Positions 10,209 through 19,502 of a DNA stretch of 64,000 bases are shown here, one piece after another (within the stretch, counting starts at the first letter, position 1; the number at the start of each line of letters is the position of its first letter). A model generated the notes under the pieces. It saw only the letters and a list, made by a program, of their open reading frames with translations. It had not been told where the DNA came from and made no database searches. The DNA is taken from assembly GCA_965203325.1 (NCBI GenBank), contig OZ241875.1, positions 3,968,001-4,032,000 on the forward strand, given 5' to 3'. Source of the stretch: a bacterium. Lineage in GTDB: Bacteria > UBA8248. The position numbers and the translations under genes are program-made.

Positions 10209-11315
10209 GTGTTTGATACCCAGGTGGTGAAATTTCAGATGTCGGGGCCCGAGGACGTCTCGGGCCTCGCGGCGGCGGTGGCGGAAGGCCGGATTCAGGC
10301 GGCGGACATTCAGGCCATCATCGCCAAGACCGAGGGCAACGGCCGGGTGAACGACTATTCGAGGCCCTACGCGCTCCATTCCTTCGAGGACTACATGATG
10401 GAGAAGCTCGATCTTTCCCGCGACGAGGTGCAGGGCATGTGCGCCATGGTGATGTCGGGCGGATGCGAGGGGATCATGAGTCCACACGCGGTGGCGTTTT
10501 CCAAGACCGACGTGGGCGACGCCGAGAGCCCCGGCGAGAAACGCCTCTCCATGGGAGTCGCCTTCACCCGTGAGCTTTTGCCCGAGGAGTTGGGCACGAT
10601 GGCGCAGGTGGACATCGTGGCCGAGGCGGCCGCGAAGGCGATCGAGAAGGCGGGCGTGGATTCGCTGGATGACGTGGGCTACGTGCAGGTGAAGTGCCCG
10701 CTCCTGACGTCGGACCGCATCAACGATGCGGCCTCGCGCGGCAAGAAAGTCGTGAGCACGGACACCACGCGTTCGATGAGCCTCTCGAACGGCTGCTCGG
10801 CCCTCGGCGCGGCGGTGGGCATCGGGGAGATCCCCCGCGATTCGTTCGAGATAACCGACGTGTGCAGCCGGGGCGACCTGTATTCGGAGATGATCTCCTG
10901 CTCGGCGGGCGTGGAACTCATGCGTTCGGAAGTCGTCGTGTTGGCGAATTCCTCACAATCCGTGAGCCGCTACAAGATCGGCCGGGCGGTGATGCAGAAC
11001 CTGATCGACGCAGACGCCGTCCGTCAGGCGCTCAGAAACGCCGGGCTCGCCTTTGACGGCCTGCCAAGTCAGGGCGATTTGAACAAAGTGGTGCACGCGT
11101 TCGCGAAAGCCGGCGCGCCGTGGGACGGCAGGCTTCTGGGCAAGCGCGTCACGTTGCTCACGGATTCGGTTCTGGGCACGCGGCCCGTGCGCGCGGTGGC
11201 GAACGCCGTCATTGCATCGGTGGTGCAGGACCCGGCGGTCTACGTCTCGGCGGGCCTCGTTTTCCACCAGGGGCCGGTGGGGGGCGGCGTGGTTTCCGCC
11301 ATCATCGAGGCGTAG
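10209..11315 (+). CDS. Ring-opening amidohydrolase (AtzD/barbiturase family), divergent copy
   Basis: KTEGNG.VND, MSGGCEG, QVKCPLLT, SCSAGVE and HQGP.GGG motifs. Confidence 0.9.
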   Translation: MFDTQVVKFQMSGPEDVSGLAAAVAEGRIQAADIQAIIAKTEGNGRVNDYSRPYALHSFEDYMMEKLDLSRDEVQGMCAMVMSGGCEGIMSPHAVAFSKTDVGDAESPGEKRLSMGVAFTRELLPEELGTMAQVDIVAEAAAKAIEKAGVDSLDDVGYVQVKCPLLTSDRINDAASRGKKVVSTDTTRSMSLSNGCSALGAAVGIGEIPRDSFEITDVCSRGDLYSEMISCSAGVELMRSEVVVLANSSQSVSRYKIGRAVMQNLIDADAVRQALRNAGLAFDGLPSQGDLNKVVHAFAKAGAPWDGRLLGKRVTLLTDSVLGTRPVRAVANAVIASVVQDPAVYVSAGLVFHQGPVGGGVVSAIIEA

Positions 11316-11429
11316 AGATGGAGTGAAGGGCAGAATGGTCAGGGAGAAGAGCGCCTGGAAAATTTTGATGATAAGGTGTTGAAATATATGGAACTGAGAT
11401 TTTCCGGCGCTTGTGAGAACAAAAAATGC

Positions 11430-11458
11430 TTGACACGGAAACCGTCATTCGCTACGAT
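11430..11458 (+). promoter_or_regulatory. Sigma70-type promoter
   Basis: TTGACA (11430-35), a 17 bp spacer, then TACGAT (11453-58). Confidence 0.7.
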
Positions 11459-11497
11459 TTTAGAGTACAAATCGCAAGTAGCAAGAGGAGGGCTGTC

Positions 11498-11593
11498 ATG
11501 GTAAGAAACTTGATAGTAACCGCCTACGACACATCTCTCCGGAGGGTTCTGAAAACGGCTCACCACCGGAAGAGGGTTCTGAAAAAACCCTAA
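11498..11593 (+). CDS. Putative 31-aa small ORF MVRNLIVTAYDTSLRRVLKTAHHRKRVLKKP
   Basis: Strong AAGAGGAGG RBS; lies between the promoter and the terminator. Confidence 0.45.
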   Translation: MVRNLIVTAYDTSLRRVLKTAHHRKRVLKKP

Positions 11594-11645
11594 ACTGCCC
11601 CTTGGTGTTACCTGAAACGGAACATTGAGGGAAACTCAAAAACAG

Positions 11646-11678
11646 CAGGCGGCGTCGACGGGCGTCGCCTGTTTTTTT
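11646..11678 (+). terminator. Intrinsic terminator
   Basis: CAGGCGGCGTC-GACG-GGCGTCGCCTG stem followed by T7; an upstream A-tract suggests it may be bidirectional. Confidence 0.85.
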
Positions 11679-11783
11679 GCGCGTTTTTGGAGGAGGGCGG
11701 GGAGACCCCCTCTCCTCCGAAAGCGTCGAAGCCCTCCTTCCTCACCCTGAGTAGCGGCGAAGCCGCGTATCGAAGGGGGGCCA

Positions 11784-12221
11784 CTACTCCCCGTGTCCCG
11801 GCGGGCGGCCCCGGTTCATCTCGTCGGGTTCTTCGGCGAACTCCATGCGGCTCTTGATGGCGTCTATCGTGAAATCTTCCTTGTCACCGGCCAGTTCGGG
11901 GTTCCACATCGGGTAGAACACCTCGAGCGCCATCCCCGGCTCATCGCTCACCAGCTTCAACGTGTGCATCGCGCCCGCCTTGACGTGCACCACGTCGCCC
12001 GGCCCGATCCGCCGCACCTCGTCTTCGAGCGTGAACTCCCACTCGCCCGCCTGGATGTAGAAGAACTCCTCGTGATCGGGGTGGTTGTGCAGCTTCGACG
12101 GCGTGCCGCCCGGCTCGGTAATGAGGTGCTGCATCTGGATGTTGTCGCCGAAGATCCGCCGGTGCGCGACGCCGGGGCGGTCGTGGCTCAAGGGGAGCAT
12201 GTCCCAGTTGTAGAAACTCAT
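11784..12221 (-). CDS. Cupin domain protein
   Basis: LHNHPDHEEFFY and GDVVHVKAGAMH cupin motifs; AAGGA RBS before MSFYN. Confidence 0.9.
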   Translation of the reverse strand: MSFYNWDMLPLSHDRPGVAHRRIFGDNIQMQHLITEPGGTPSKLHNHPDHEEFFYIQAGEWEFTLEDEVRRIGPGDVVHVKAGAMHTLKLVSDEPGMALEVFYPMWNPELAGDKEDFTIDAIKSRMEFAEEPDEMNRGRPPGHGE

Positions 12222-12463
12222 GGTGTATTCCTTCATCGTGAGAGGCGGAAAAAATTTCGTTTTTGAACACGAAGCCTTGACGTATTCGGCCTCGTGAAGC
12301 ATGCGCGGGCATTCTAGGGGCAGGAGACGGAATAAGACAATCCGCGCACCTGGCCACATGGGTGAAAGGAGGCAGGGACCCTGCTTTGTCTGGCCGTGCG
12401 CGCCTCTGTAGGATACACTCTTCCTACTCGCATTCTACTTTACGTGGTGATTCGGAAGAGGAG

Positions 12464-13993
12464 ATGGATATGCGGTTCTCCGTTGTGGGTGGTGACGGCT
12501 TCGACCAGGGGACGGACGCCCTGGTTTGCCTCATGGCGAAAGATGAGAAAGACGAGCGGCTCGAAAAATCTCTGGGCAGCGCCTTGGGCTCCTTGCGCGA
12601 GCGCAAGGTTTTTGGGGGAAAGGAAGGGCAAGTCTCCGTTCTGCCGGTTCCCGAGGGGGGCGGAGCGCCCGATTTCGTGATTCTCGCAGGCCTGGGGGAG
12701 AAGATAACGCCCGAATCGGTTCGCTGCGCCGGCGCTCTGGCGGCCAGGCGCGCGCGCTTAGAGGGGCTTGAGAGCGTTGCGATCTCGGCTTCTTCCGTTG
12801 TTGGCGATGACCTTGATGCCCGCGGGGCGGCCCAGGCGATTGTCGAGGGCGTAGGGCTCGGGCTCTACCGGATGGACAAGTACAAGAGTGCGGATGATGA
12901 CGAGAAAGCCGAGGTCTCACGCGTCGTTCTCTGCGGCGGGGCCGGCGGGAACCTGAGCGCGATGCGGCGCGGCGTGCGCTACGGGCGCGCTCTGTGCGAG
13001 GGAACGAACTACGCGCGCGACCTCATCAACACGCCCAGCAACGAGAAGCGCCCGCCCGCACTCGCCGATATGGCGCGCGCGATGGCGCGGCGCGAGGGCC
13101 TTCGCTGCCGCGTGCTGGACGAGAAACAGATGGCGAGGCAGAAGATGGGCGCGCTTCTCTCCGTAAGCCGGGGCAGCAGCGAACCGGCGCGCATGGTCAT
13201 TCTGGAGTACAGGCCGCAGGGCGCGCGGACGAAACCCATCGCCTTCGTCGGGAAGGGCGTTACGTTCGATACCGGCGGCATCTCCATCAAGCCGAGCGGC
13301 GGTCTCGAACTCATGACGACCGACATGAGCGGCGCCGCCGCCGTACTTGGCGCGATGCTCGCCGTCGCGCGCTCGAAGCCCCGCGTGCCCGTGGTGGGCG
13401 TGGCCGGCCTCGTGGAGAACATGGTGGACGGCGACGCCACCCGCCCCGGCGACATCGTGCGCTCCATGAAGGGAACGACGGTGGAAATCCACAACACGGA
13501 CGCCGAGGGCCGGCTCGTACTCGCCGACGCGCTCCACTACACGCGCGAGAAATACGAGCCCCAGTGCATGATCGATCTGGCCACCTTGACGGGCGCGTGC
13601 ATGGTGGCCCTCGGCCAGAAAGTGACCGGCATGTACGGAACGCACGATGAGTTGCTGGAGCGGGTGCGCGACCTGGGCGAGCGCACCGGCGACCGCGTCT
13701 GGCACATGCCGCTCTTCCCGGAATACGGCGAGGCGATGAAGGGCAAGATAGCCGACATGTGCAACATCTCGGGCGCGCGGTGGGGCGGCGCCAACACCGC
13801 GGCGGCCTTCCTGCAGCACTTCGCCGACGAGACGCCCTGGGTGCATCTCGACATCGCGGGGCCCTCGCACACCGGAAAAGCCGAACCCTACCGCCCCGAG
13901 GGCGGCACGGGCGTGGGCGTGCGGATTCTCGCGGAGCTTGCGATGGCCTGGAAGCGCCTCTCGCCCCAGGAGGGCAAGGCCTACGGGTGTTAG
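12464..13993 (+). CDS. pepA: Leucyl aminopeptidase (M17)
   Basis: GKGVTFDTGGISIK, DMSGAA, NTDAEGRL, ATLTGA and HLDIAG motifs. Confidence 0.95.
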   Translation: MDMRFSVVGGDGFDQGTDALVCLMAKDEKDERLEKSLGSALGSLRERKVFGGKEGQVSVLPVPEGGGAPDFVILAGLGEKITPESVRCAGALAARRARLEGLESVAISASSVVGDDLDARGAAQAIVEGVGLGLYRMDKYKSADDDEKAEVSRVVLCGGAGGNLSAMRRGVRYGRALCEGTNYARDLINTPSNEKRPPALADMARAMARREGLRCRVLDEKQMARQKMGALLSVSRGSSEPARMVILEYRPQGARTKPIAFVGKGVTFDTGGISIKPSGGLELMTTDMSGAAAVLGAMLAVARSKPRVPVVGVAGLVENMVDGDATRPGDIVRSMKGTTVEIHNTDAEGRLVLADALHYTREKYEPQCMIDLATLTGACMVALGQKVTGMYGTHDELLERVRDLGERTGDRVWHMPLFPEYGEAMKGKIADMCNISGARWGGANTAAAFLQHFADETPWVHLDIAGPSHTGKAEPYRPEGGTGVGVRILAELAMAWKRLSPQEGKAYGC

Positions 13994-14109
13994 GGGGCGA
14001 GCGCGTCGCTAGATTCACGACGCCCATGTACCAGGTTTGAAAGCAGATCGAACCTGACGCCTTGCCTGCGTATCCAGGCTTCAAGGTGCGTCAGGCCATT
14101 CCTATCTTT

Positions 14110-14322
14110 TCATAATAGCTTGCGGAATTCATCAACGCTCAGACCGGCGGCCCTGACGATCACGCCCATGGTGACCGCGTTGACTGGGTTGTTCCTCGGG
14201 ACCGTCAATACGCGTACGCCATCCGTCATTACGATGTGTTTGCCTTGACGAAGAATACGGAAGCCGGCCTTTTCCAGGGCACGCACCGCATGCAGGTGGT
14301 TGACTCCCGGGATCTTCGGCAC
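14110..14322 (-). CDS. hicA: HicA family toxin
   Basis: 70 aa with the ALEKAGF..LRQGKH pattern. Confidence 0.85.
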   Translation of the reverse strand: MPKIPGVNHLHAVRALEKAGFRILRQGKHIVMTDGVRVLTVPRNNPVNAVTMGVIVRAAGLSVDEFRKLL

Positions 14323-14324
14323 GG

Positions 14325-14522
14325 CTAGACGGCCACTTCGATTTCCCGTATATCTCCGCCCTCCAGGAGATCCTCCACGGCCCTAAGGTATTCCCTGGCA
14401 GCTATCTCAATGTTGGAGATCGCCTCCGCCTCCGTTTCTCCCTGCGAGCAGCAACCCGGCAGGCCCGGGACCCATACGCTATAACCTTCCTCAGAGTGGT
14501 GAAGAACGATTTTGTATTTCAT
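14325..14522 (-). CDS. hicB: HicB family antitoxin (short)
   Basis: YSVWVPGLPGCCSQGET..EA..NI motif. Confidence 0.9.
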   Translation of the reverse strand: MKYKIVLHHSEEGYSVWVPGLPGCCSQGETEAEAISNIEIAAREYLRAVEDLLEGGDIREIEVAV

Positions 14523-14648
14523 ATTGCGCGTCTCCTTACCCCTAGGTTACTGAGCATCAGGCATTCTATGTTTCTTGACCCGGCTTTTCAATAATGGTTT
14601 CAAGAAGCCGAAGACCAGATATGACAATAGCAGCAGTTTACTTTGTGG

Positions 14649-15674
14649 CTATTCCACCACGAACGCCTTCGAGACGGGCCGGTTCGTGTTGTTCCATCCC
14701 GGGATGATGAACGAAGAAGGTCCGGGGAGGCCGCCCGCCACGAGGAGGGTGACGTCTTCAGGCTGCCTGATCATGGGCGCCATGCAGTCGTCATCGTCGT
14801 GATCCACCCACCCGGGCCACTCGCTCTTCTCTTTCCCCCGGTAGCGGCCGCCGCGTTTTAGCAGCCCCACGGGCAGGCGGGCGCGTTTTGCAAGTCCTTG
14901 TTTCGCGTCGTCCCGGCTGAATCCGTGGTCGGCGAGAAGCTGCGCGTGTTCGGGCCCCATGATCACCGTGAGTCCCACGGGCGAGTAGGCGTGGCGCGTG
15001 CCCATGGTGGAGATGGTGCTCGCAATCGTAGTAAGCACGCCGTCCGGGTGGTCGCTCGAATCATCGAGCGCGACGCGCGGGCCTTCCCCCGCGCAGGCGG
15101 TGACGACGTTTTCTTCCTTTTCAAATCCGCGCTCCTCGGCGAGCGAAGGCCAGGGGCTGATTTCCTCGTTCTCGCGCAGGCAGTAAGCGAACTTGCTCGG
15201 GCTTCCGAACGTGCTCATGTCCACCACGCCGGGGATGCCGCCCCCCAGGTTCAGGAGCATGAGCCTGAGCGCGCGGCCGATGGTCGCGTTGGCCCGAAAG
15301 CCCGGTCCCAGGCATCCCGTGCCGCCGTGGACCCCGATCTCGCGCGGGTAGGGGCCGTTCATGACGATGAGGGGGCCGGCGGGGTTCATCGTCGCCTGAA
15401 TGCCGTTCATGTTGAAGCGAGGGTCCAGAATGCACGATAGCGCGCACAGAAGCGCCGGGAAGTATTCGGGCTTGCAACCCGCCATGACGGCGTGGAGCGC
15501 GACGGCTTCCATCGTGGCGAGGTGATTCGCCGGCGGCACGTGGCCGATGAGCGTATCGAACGCATGATCTCCCAGCATGTCCGAGAGGCGCTCTTCGGTC
15601 GGCACGACGACGGGCAGGCCGTCGGACCAGGGCTGCGCGAAGAAATGCTCGACCGGGTCTAGAGCGTCCGCCAT
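14649..15674 (-). CDS. Conserved hypothetical protein (WSDGLPVVxPT family, usually a neighbour of UGSC/thioredoxin-like genes)
   Basis: DGLPVVVPT, AVMAGCKPEY, GPGFRANATIGRA and ENEE.SPW motifs. Confidence 0.75.
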   Translation of the reverse strand: MADALDPVEHFFAQPWSDGLPVVVPTEERLSDMLGDHAFDTLIGHVPPANHLATMEAVALHAVMAGCKPEYFPALLCALSCILDPRFNMNGIQATMNPAGPLIVMNGPYPREIGVHGGTGCLGPGFRANATIGRALRLMLLNLGGGIPGVVDMSTFGSPSKFAYCLRENEEISPWPSLAEERGFEKEENVVTACAGEGPRVALDDSSDHPDGVLTTIASTISTMGTRHAYSPVGLTVIMGPEHAQLLADHGFSRDDAKQGLAKRARLPVGLLKRGGRYRGKEKSEWPGWVDHDDDDCMAPMIRQPEDVTLLVAGGLPGPSSFIIPGWNNTNRPVSKAFVVE

Positions 15675-15684
15675 TTGCTTAAGC

Positions 15685-16599
15685 CTATGCTCTTTCGGCG
15701 ATGGCGCGGGCGCGCGCGAGTACGTTCTCGGCGTGCTTGACCATGGCGACGTCGATCATCTTCCCCTGGAAGGAGACCGCGCCCAATCCTTGCGCCTCGC
15801 CCTCGCGGTAGGCTTCGGCCATCTCGGTGTAGTAGGAGATCTCTTCTTCGCTCGGCGAATAGACGTCGTTGAAGATCGGCACCTGCCTGGGATGGATGGC
15901 CGCCTTGCCGGTGTAGCCGAGTTTTTTGGCGAACTCCGCGTCCGCCCGGCAGCCGTCGTCGTCCTGCAGGCGCATGTAGACGCCGTCGGTGGGGTGGGGC
16001 AGCCGCGCGGCGCGCGCCTCGACGAGTACCTTGCTGCGCGTGTAGAGGAGCGTCGTGCCGTCTTCGGTCCAGGTGGCCCCCAGGCTGCGGCAGAGATCCG
16101 CATCCTCCGCACTCCCCAGGTTCACGCCCACCACGCGGTCCGCCGCCTTGCAGATGTCGTAGCAATGCACGACGCCCGAGGCGCTCTCGATCTGGGCGAT
16201 GACCCCGACGCCGCCTTCTTCCAGGCCGCGCTCGCGCTCGTATTTCGAAAGCAGCGCATCGGCGGTTCTCACGTCCGCAGCGCTCTCGGGTTTCGGCAGG
16301 AATATGCCGTCGAGTCCTTGGGTCATGATGGCAGCAATGTCTTCTTCGAGCATGCCCGATTCCACGTCGTTCACGCGCACGAGAATTGTTGAGGGGCCGC
16401 CGGGCGCGCCGCTCGTCTCCGCGATGCCTGCGCGCACGAGTTCGCGCGCCGCCTGCTTCATCTGGGGGGCGACGGAATCCTCGAGATCGAACAGGGCGGC
16501 GTCCGCCTCGATGGTGGGACCTTTCCCCACCATCTTCTCGCTCGAACCGGGGATGAAGAGCATGGAGCGCAAGGGGGTGTCGATGTCTGGTCTGGCCAT
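15685..16599 (-). CDS. CitE/HpcH-family CoA-ester lyase (citrate lyase beta/malyl-CoA lyase-like)
   Basis: RSMLFIPG, DLEDSV, VRVN, GKAAIHPRQ and GKMID motifs. Confidence 0.9.
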   Translation of the reverse strand: MARPDIDTPLRSMLFIPGSSEKMVGKGPTIEADAALFDLEDSVAPQMKQAARELVRAGIAETSGAPGGPSTILVRVNDVESGMLEEDIAAIMTQGLDGIFLPKPESAADVRTADALLSKYERERGLEEGGVGVIAQIESASGVVHCYDICKAADRVVGVNLGSAEDADLCRSLGATWTEDGTTLLYTRSKVLVEARAARLPHPTDGVYMRLQDDDGCRADAEFAKKLGYTGKAAIHPRQVPIFNDVYSPSEEEISYYTEMAEAYREGEAQGLGAVSFQGKMIDVAMVKHAENVLARARAIAERA

Positions 16600-16682
16600 G
16601 GGATTTCTTACTCCTCTTTCAATTCGTGGCCGATCCGTGGACGCGAATCGTCGATTGTGAATCCGCCTATGGGTTTTGGTAT

Positions 16683-17966
16683 TCAGTATTCCAAAAGGGA
16701 AAAGTCCATGTTCTCAAGCGCTGCGCGGACGTCGGAGATGAACCTGCCCGCCGCCATGCCGTCGTTCACGCGGTGATCGAAGGTGATCGCCAGAATCATG
16801 ACGGGCCGCACGGAGACCGAGCCGTTCGGAAGCGCCACCGGGCGCGGCGCGATCGCTCCCGTGCCGATGATGGCCACCTCGGGCGGGTTGATGATGGGAT
16901 TGCCGCCCAGCGCGCCCGAAGCGCCGAAATTGGTGAGCGTGAGCGTTCCGCCCCGGACGTCGTCGGGCGTGAGCGCGCCCTCGCGCGCGCGGGCTCCCAG
17001 ATCGCCGAGCCGGAGGGATAGCTCCACGAGGTTCATGGCGTCCGCCGATTTCAAGACGGGAACCACGAGGCCGCCCGGAGAATCCACGGCGACGCCCAGG
17101 TTCAGGTAGCGCCTGATGGTGAGGGCGTCGTCTTGAAAAGTGCCGTTAAAGCGCTCGTTATCGGTGTTTCTTAACGCGTGGACGAGCGCCATGATAAAAA
17201 AGGGCGTGTAGGTGAGGTTTACGCCGTGTTTCTCGCGAAACGCCTCCTTGTTCGCGTCCCGAAAGGCCGACACGCCGCTCATGTCGACTTCCAGCCAGCT
17301 TGTGACCTGGGGGATTTCCTGTACGGAGCGGGTCAAGTTCTCGGCGATTCGTTTTCGGACCCTGCTGAGTGGCTCCACGCGCTCATCATGGTCTTCGCTA
17401 AGCGGCTCGGTGGACATCTCGATCCTGGGCGGTGCGCCGCCGCCCGCGATGAACGCCTCCACGTCGCGCGCGCTGACCCTTCCGCCCGCTCCCGTGCCCT
17501 GTATGCCGGCGATTACGCTGAGATCGACCCCGTGCGCGGCGGCGAGGCTTTGGACACGGGGGGAGAGCCAGGTTTTCCTGTCTCCTGAGGAACGCGGCGC
17601 TTTTTCCACCCGCGCCGCCGGGATGACGGGTTTTTCCCTGGGTTTCAGCGGCGCGACGGGAGCCGCCCAGTCGCTCGCGCCCGATTCCGGCTCTTCCGGC
17701 TCTGGCGTTTCGTCTGCGACCTCGGTTTCGGTCTCCATGGTCGCCAGCACTTCGCCCACGGGCACCGTCTCCTCGGCTTCCGCCAGGATTTCCGTTATCA
17801 CGCCGTCTGCGGGAGCCTCGACCTCGAACTCCACCTTGTCGCTCTCTGCGGAGAGGAGCACCTCGCCCTGCGCCACCGTATCGCCCACCGCCTTCTTCCA
17901 GGCCACCACCGTGCTCTCGTGCACGCTGGTTCCCATGCGGGGCATTCTGATGCGCGCGATGTACAT
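16683..17966 (-). CDS. Dihydrolipoamide acyltransferase (E2)
   Basis: Lipoyl motif ESDKV, E3-binding GTGAGGRV, and catalytic DHRVNDG. Confidence 0.95.
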   Translation of the reverse strand: MYIARIRMPRMGTSVHESTVVAWKKAVGDTVAQGEVLLSAESDKVEFEVEAPADGVITEILAEAEETVPVGEVLATMETETEVADETPEPEEPESGASDWAAPVAPLKPREKPVIPAARVEKAPRSSGDRKTWLSPRVQSLAAAHGVDLSVIAGIQGTGAGGRVSARDVEAFIAGGGAPPRIEMSTEPLSEDHDERVEPLSRVRKRIAENLTRSVQEIPQVTSWLEVDMSGVSAFRDANKEAFREKHGVNLTYTPFFIMALVHALRNTDNERFNGTFQDDALTIRRYLNLGVAVDSPGGLVVPVLKSADAMNLVELSLRLGDLGARAREGALTPDDVRGGTLTLTNFGASGALGGNPIINPPEVAIIGTGAIAPRPVALPNGSVSVRPVMILAITFDHRVNDGMAAGRFISDVRAALENMDFSLLEY

Positions 17967-18082
17967 GGGGGCTCCTTCAAGCGTGATGGGGAATTTCCTG
18001 GGGAGTATATACCAGAATCCGTTCCGTATTTACAAAAGCGGGGCGCGCCCGTCATCCCGGTCTCAAACCCGGCCGATGAGGG

Positions 18083-18460
18083 GTTGTAGAAAAAGCCGAT
18101 TTCGGGACAGGCGCGCAAGCGCCCCAACCTCCTCATCCTGAGTAGGCGCGCCAGCGCCGTATCGAAGGAGGAGGGACGAACGTCCCCCGGCGGGTGCGGG
18201 GCCTCGCCCTTCGATACGCGGCTTCGCCGCTACTTAGGATGAGGCAGTGCGGTTTTGGTTCGTCATTCCGGTGTCAGACCCGACCAATGCGGAAGGGTTG
18301 CATGGGCGGCCCTATATGTCATTCGTGTTCCATCATTGCGTTTTCGGGGTGTAGGGGTCGCATACATGCGACCCGCATGCCGGACGGGGGAGGGCCGCAT
18401 GTATGCGGCCCCTACATTGGAATCCCGACAGTCCCGCAAGGGCTTTTTCAATTCAAACCT
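18083..18460. repeat. Cluster of REP-like palindromes inside the E1/E2 operon
   Basis: Inverted pair of CCTCATCCTGAG...TCGAAGG units plus GTAGGGGTCGCATACATGCGACCC and GGGCCGCATGTATGCGGCCCCTAC. Confidence 0.8.
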
Positions 18461-18509
18461 CATCAATCGGGTTTGACCCTCAAGGGGGGAATGAAAAACC
18501 TTCGGCGGG

Positions 18510-19502
18510 TCAGAACGCGGCGAGATCGCGAAGTTCTTCTACGACTTTCTCCGTGCTGGGCAGGTAGGCCCGCTCGAGCGGGGGGCTGAGCGGCACGTGG
18601 GCTTCGGGCGCGCCGATGCGGCGGACGGGCGCGTCGAGATATTCAAAAACCTCCTCGCTCACGATGGCGGCCAGCTCGCCGCCCACGCCGCCACGTTTTC
18701 TCGCCTCGTGCAGGAAGAGGATTTTTCCCGTCTTCTTGACGCTTTCGAGGATGGCTTCTTTATCGAGCGGAACGAGGGTTCTCAAGTCGATGACCTCGAC
18801 CGACACGCCGTCATTTTCGAGCACTTCCGCCGCTTCCAGGGCTTCGAGCACGGTGGTGCCGAAGGTGATGAGCGATATGTCGTCCCCATCGCGCAGGGTC
18901 CTCGCTTGGCCAAAGGGCACGGTGTAATCGTCTCCGGGAATCTCGGGTCTCAGGACTTCGGGCAGTTCGTCCACCGGGTAGTTATAGAACTTTTTGTATT
19001 CCATGAAGATGATGGGGTTGGGGTCTCTTATCGCTCCCTTGAGCATTCCTTTGGCGTCATAAGCGGTGGTAGGGGCGACGATCTTGAGGCCAGGCGTCCC
19101 GAAAAACCAGATCTCGGGGTTCTGGCTGTGGAACGGCCCCGCACTCACGAGCGCGGCGGCGGGCAGGCGCAGGACGATGGGCACCGGCCCCATCTGCCGG
19201 TAATGGTTCCCGGCGGCGAAGTCCACGATCATCTTGTAGGATTCGGTGACGAAATCGGCGAACTGAAACTCCACCACAGGCCGCATGCCGCATAAGGCGG
19301 CGCCTATGGCCGTCCCCGTAAAGCCCGCCTCGCTCAGGGGAACGTCCACCACGCGGTCGCGCCCGAATTTCTCCATGAATCCCTTCGTGATGTAGAAGGC
19401 CCCGCCGCCCAGGCCGATGTCCTCGCCCAGGAGAAACACGTCCTCATCGCGCTCCATCTCCTCCCAGAGGGCCTCGCTCAGCGCTTCGCGGTAGGTGATC
19501 AT
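18510..19502 (-). CDS. 2-oxoacid dehydrogenase E1 beta subunit
   Basis: GEDIG, PLSEAG, EFQFADF, FHSQ and DLRTLVPLD motifs. Confidence 0.95.
   Translation of the reverse strand: MITYREALSEALWEEMERDEDVFLLGEDIGLGGGAFYITKGFMEKFGRDRVVDVPLSEAGFTGTAIGAALCGMRPVVEFQFADFVTESYKMIVDFAAGNHYRQMGPVPIVLRLPAAALVSAGPFHSQNPEIWFFGTPGLKIVAPTTAYDAKGMLKGAIRDPNPIIFMEYKKFYNYPVDELPEVLRPEIPGDDYTVPFGQARTLRDGDDISLITFGTTVLEALEAAEVLENDGVSVEVIDLRTLVPLDKEAILESVKKTGKILFLHEARKRGGVGGELAAIVSEEVFEYLDAPVRRIGAPEAHVPLSPPLERAYLPSTEKVVEELRDLAAF

Noticed and set aside
13300..13330. pepA MTTDM instead of the common MKxDM
   Set aside because: All metal and catalytic residues (GKG, FD, ISIK, DM, NTDAEGR) are present.
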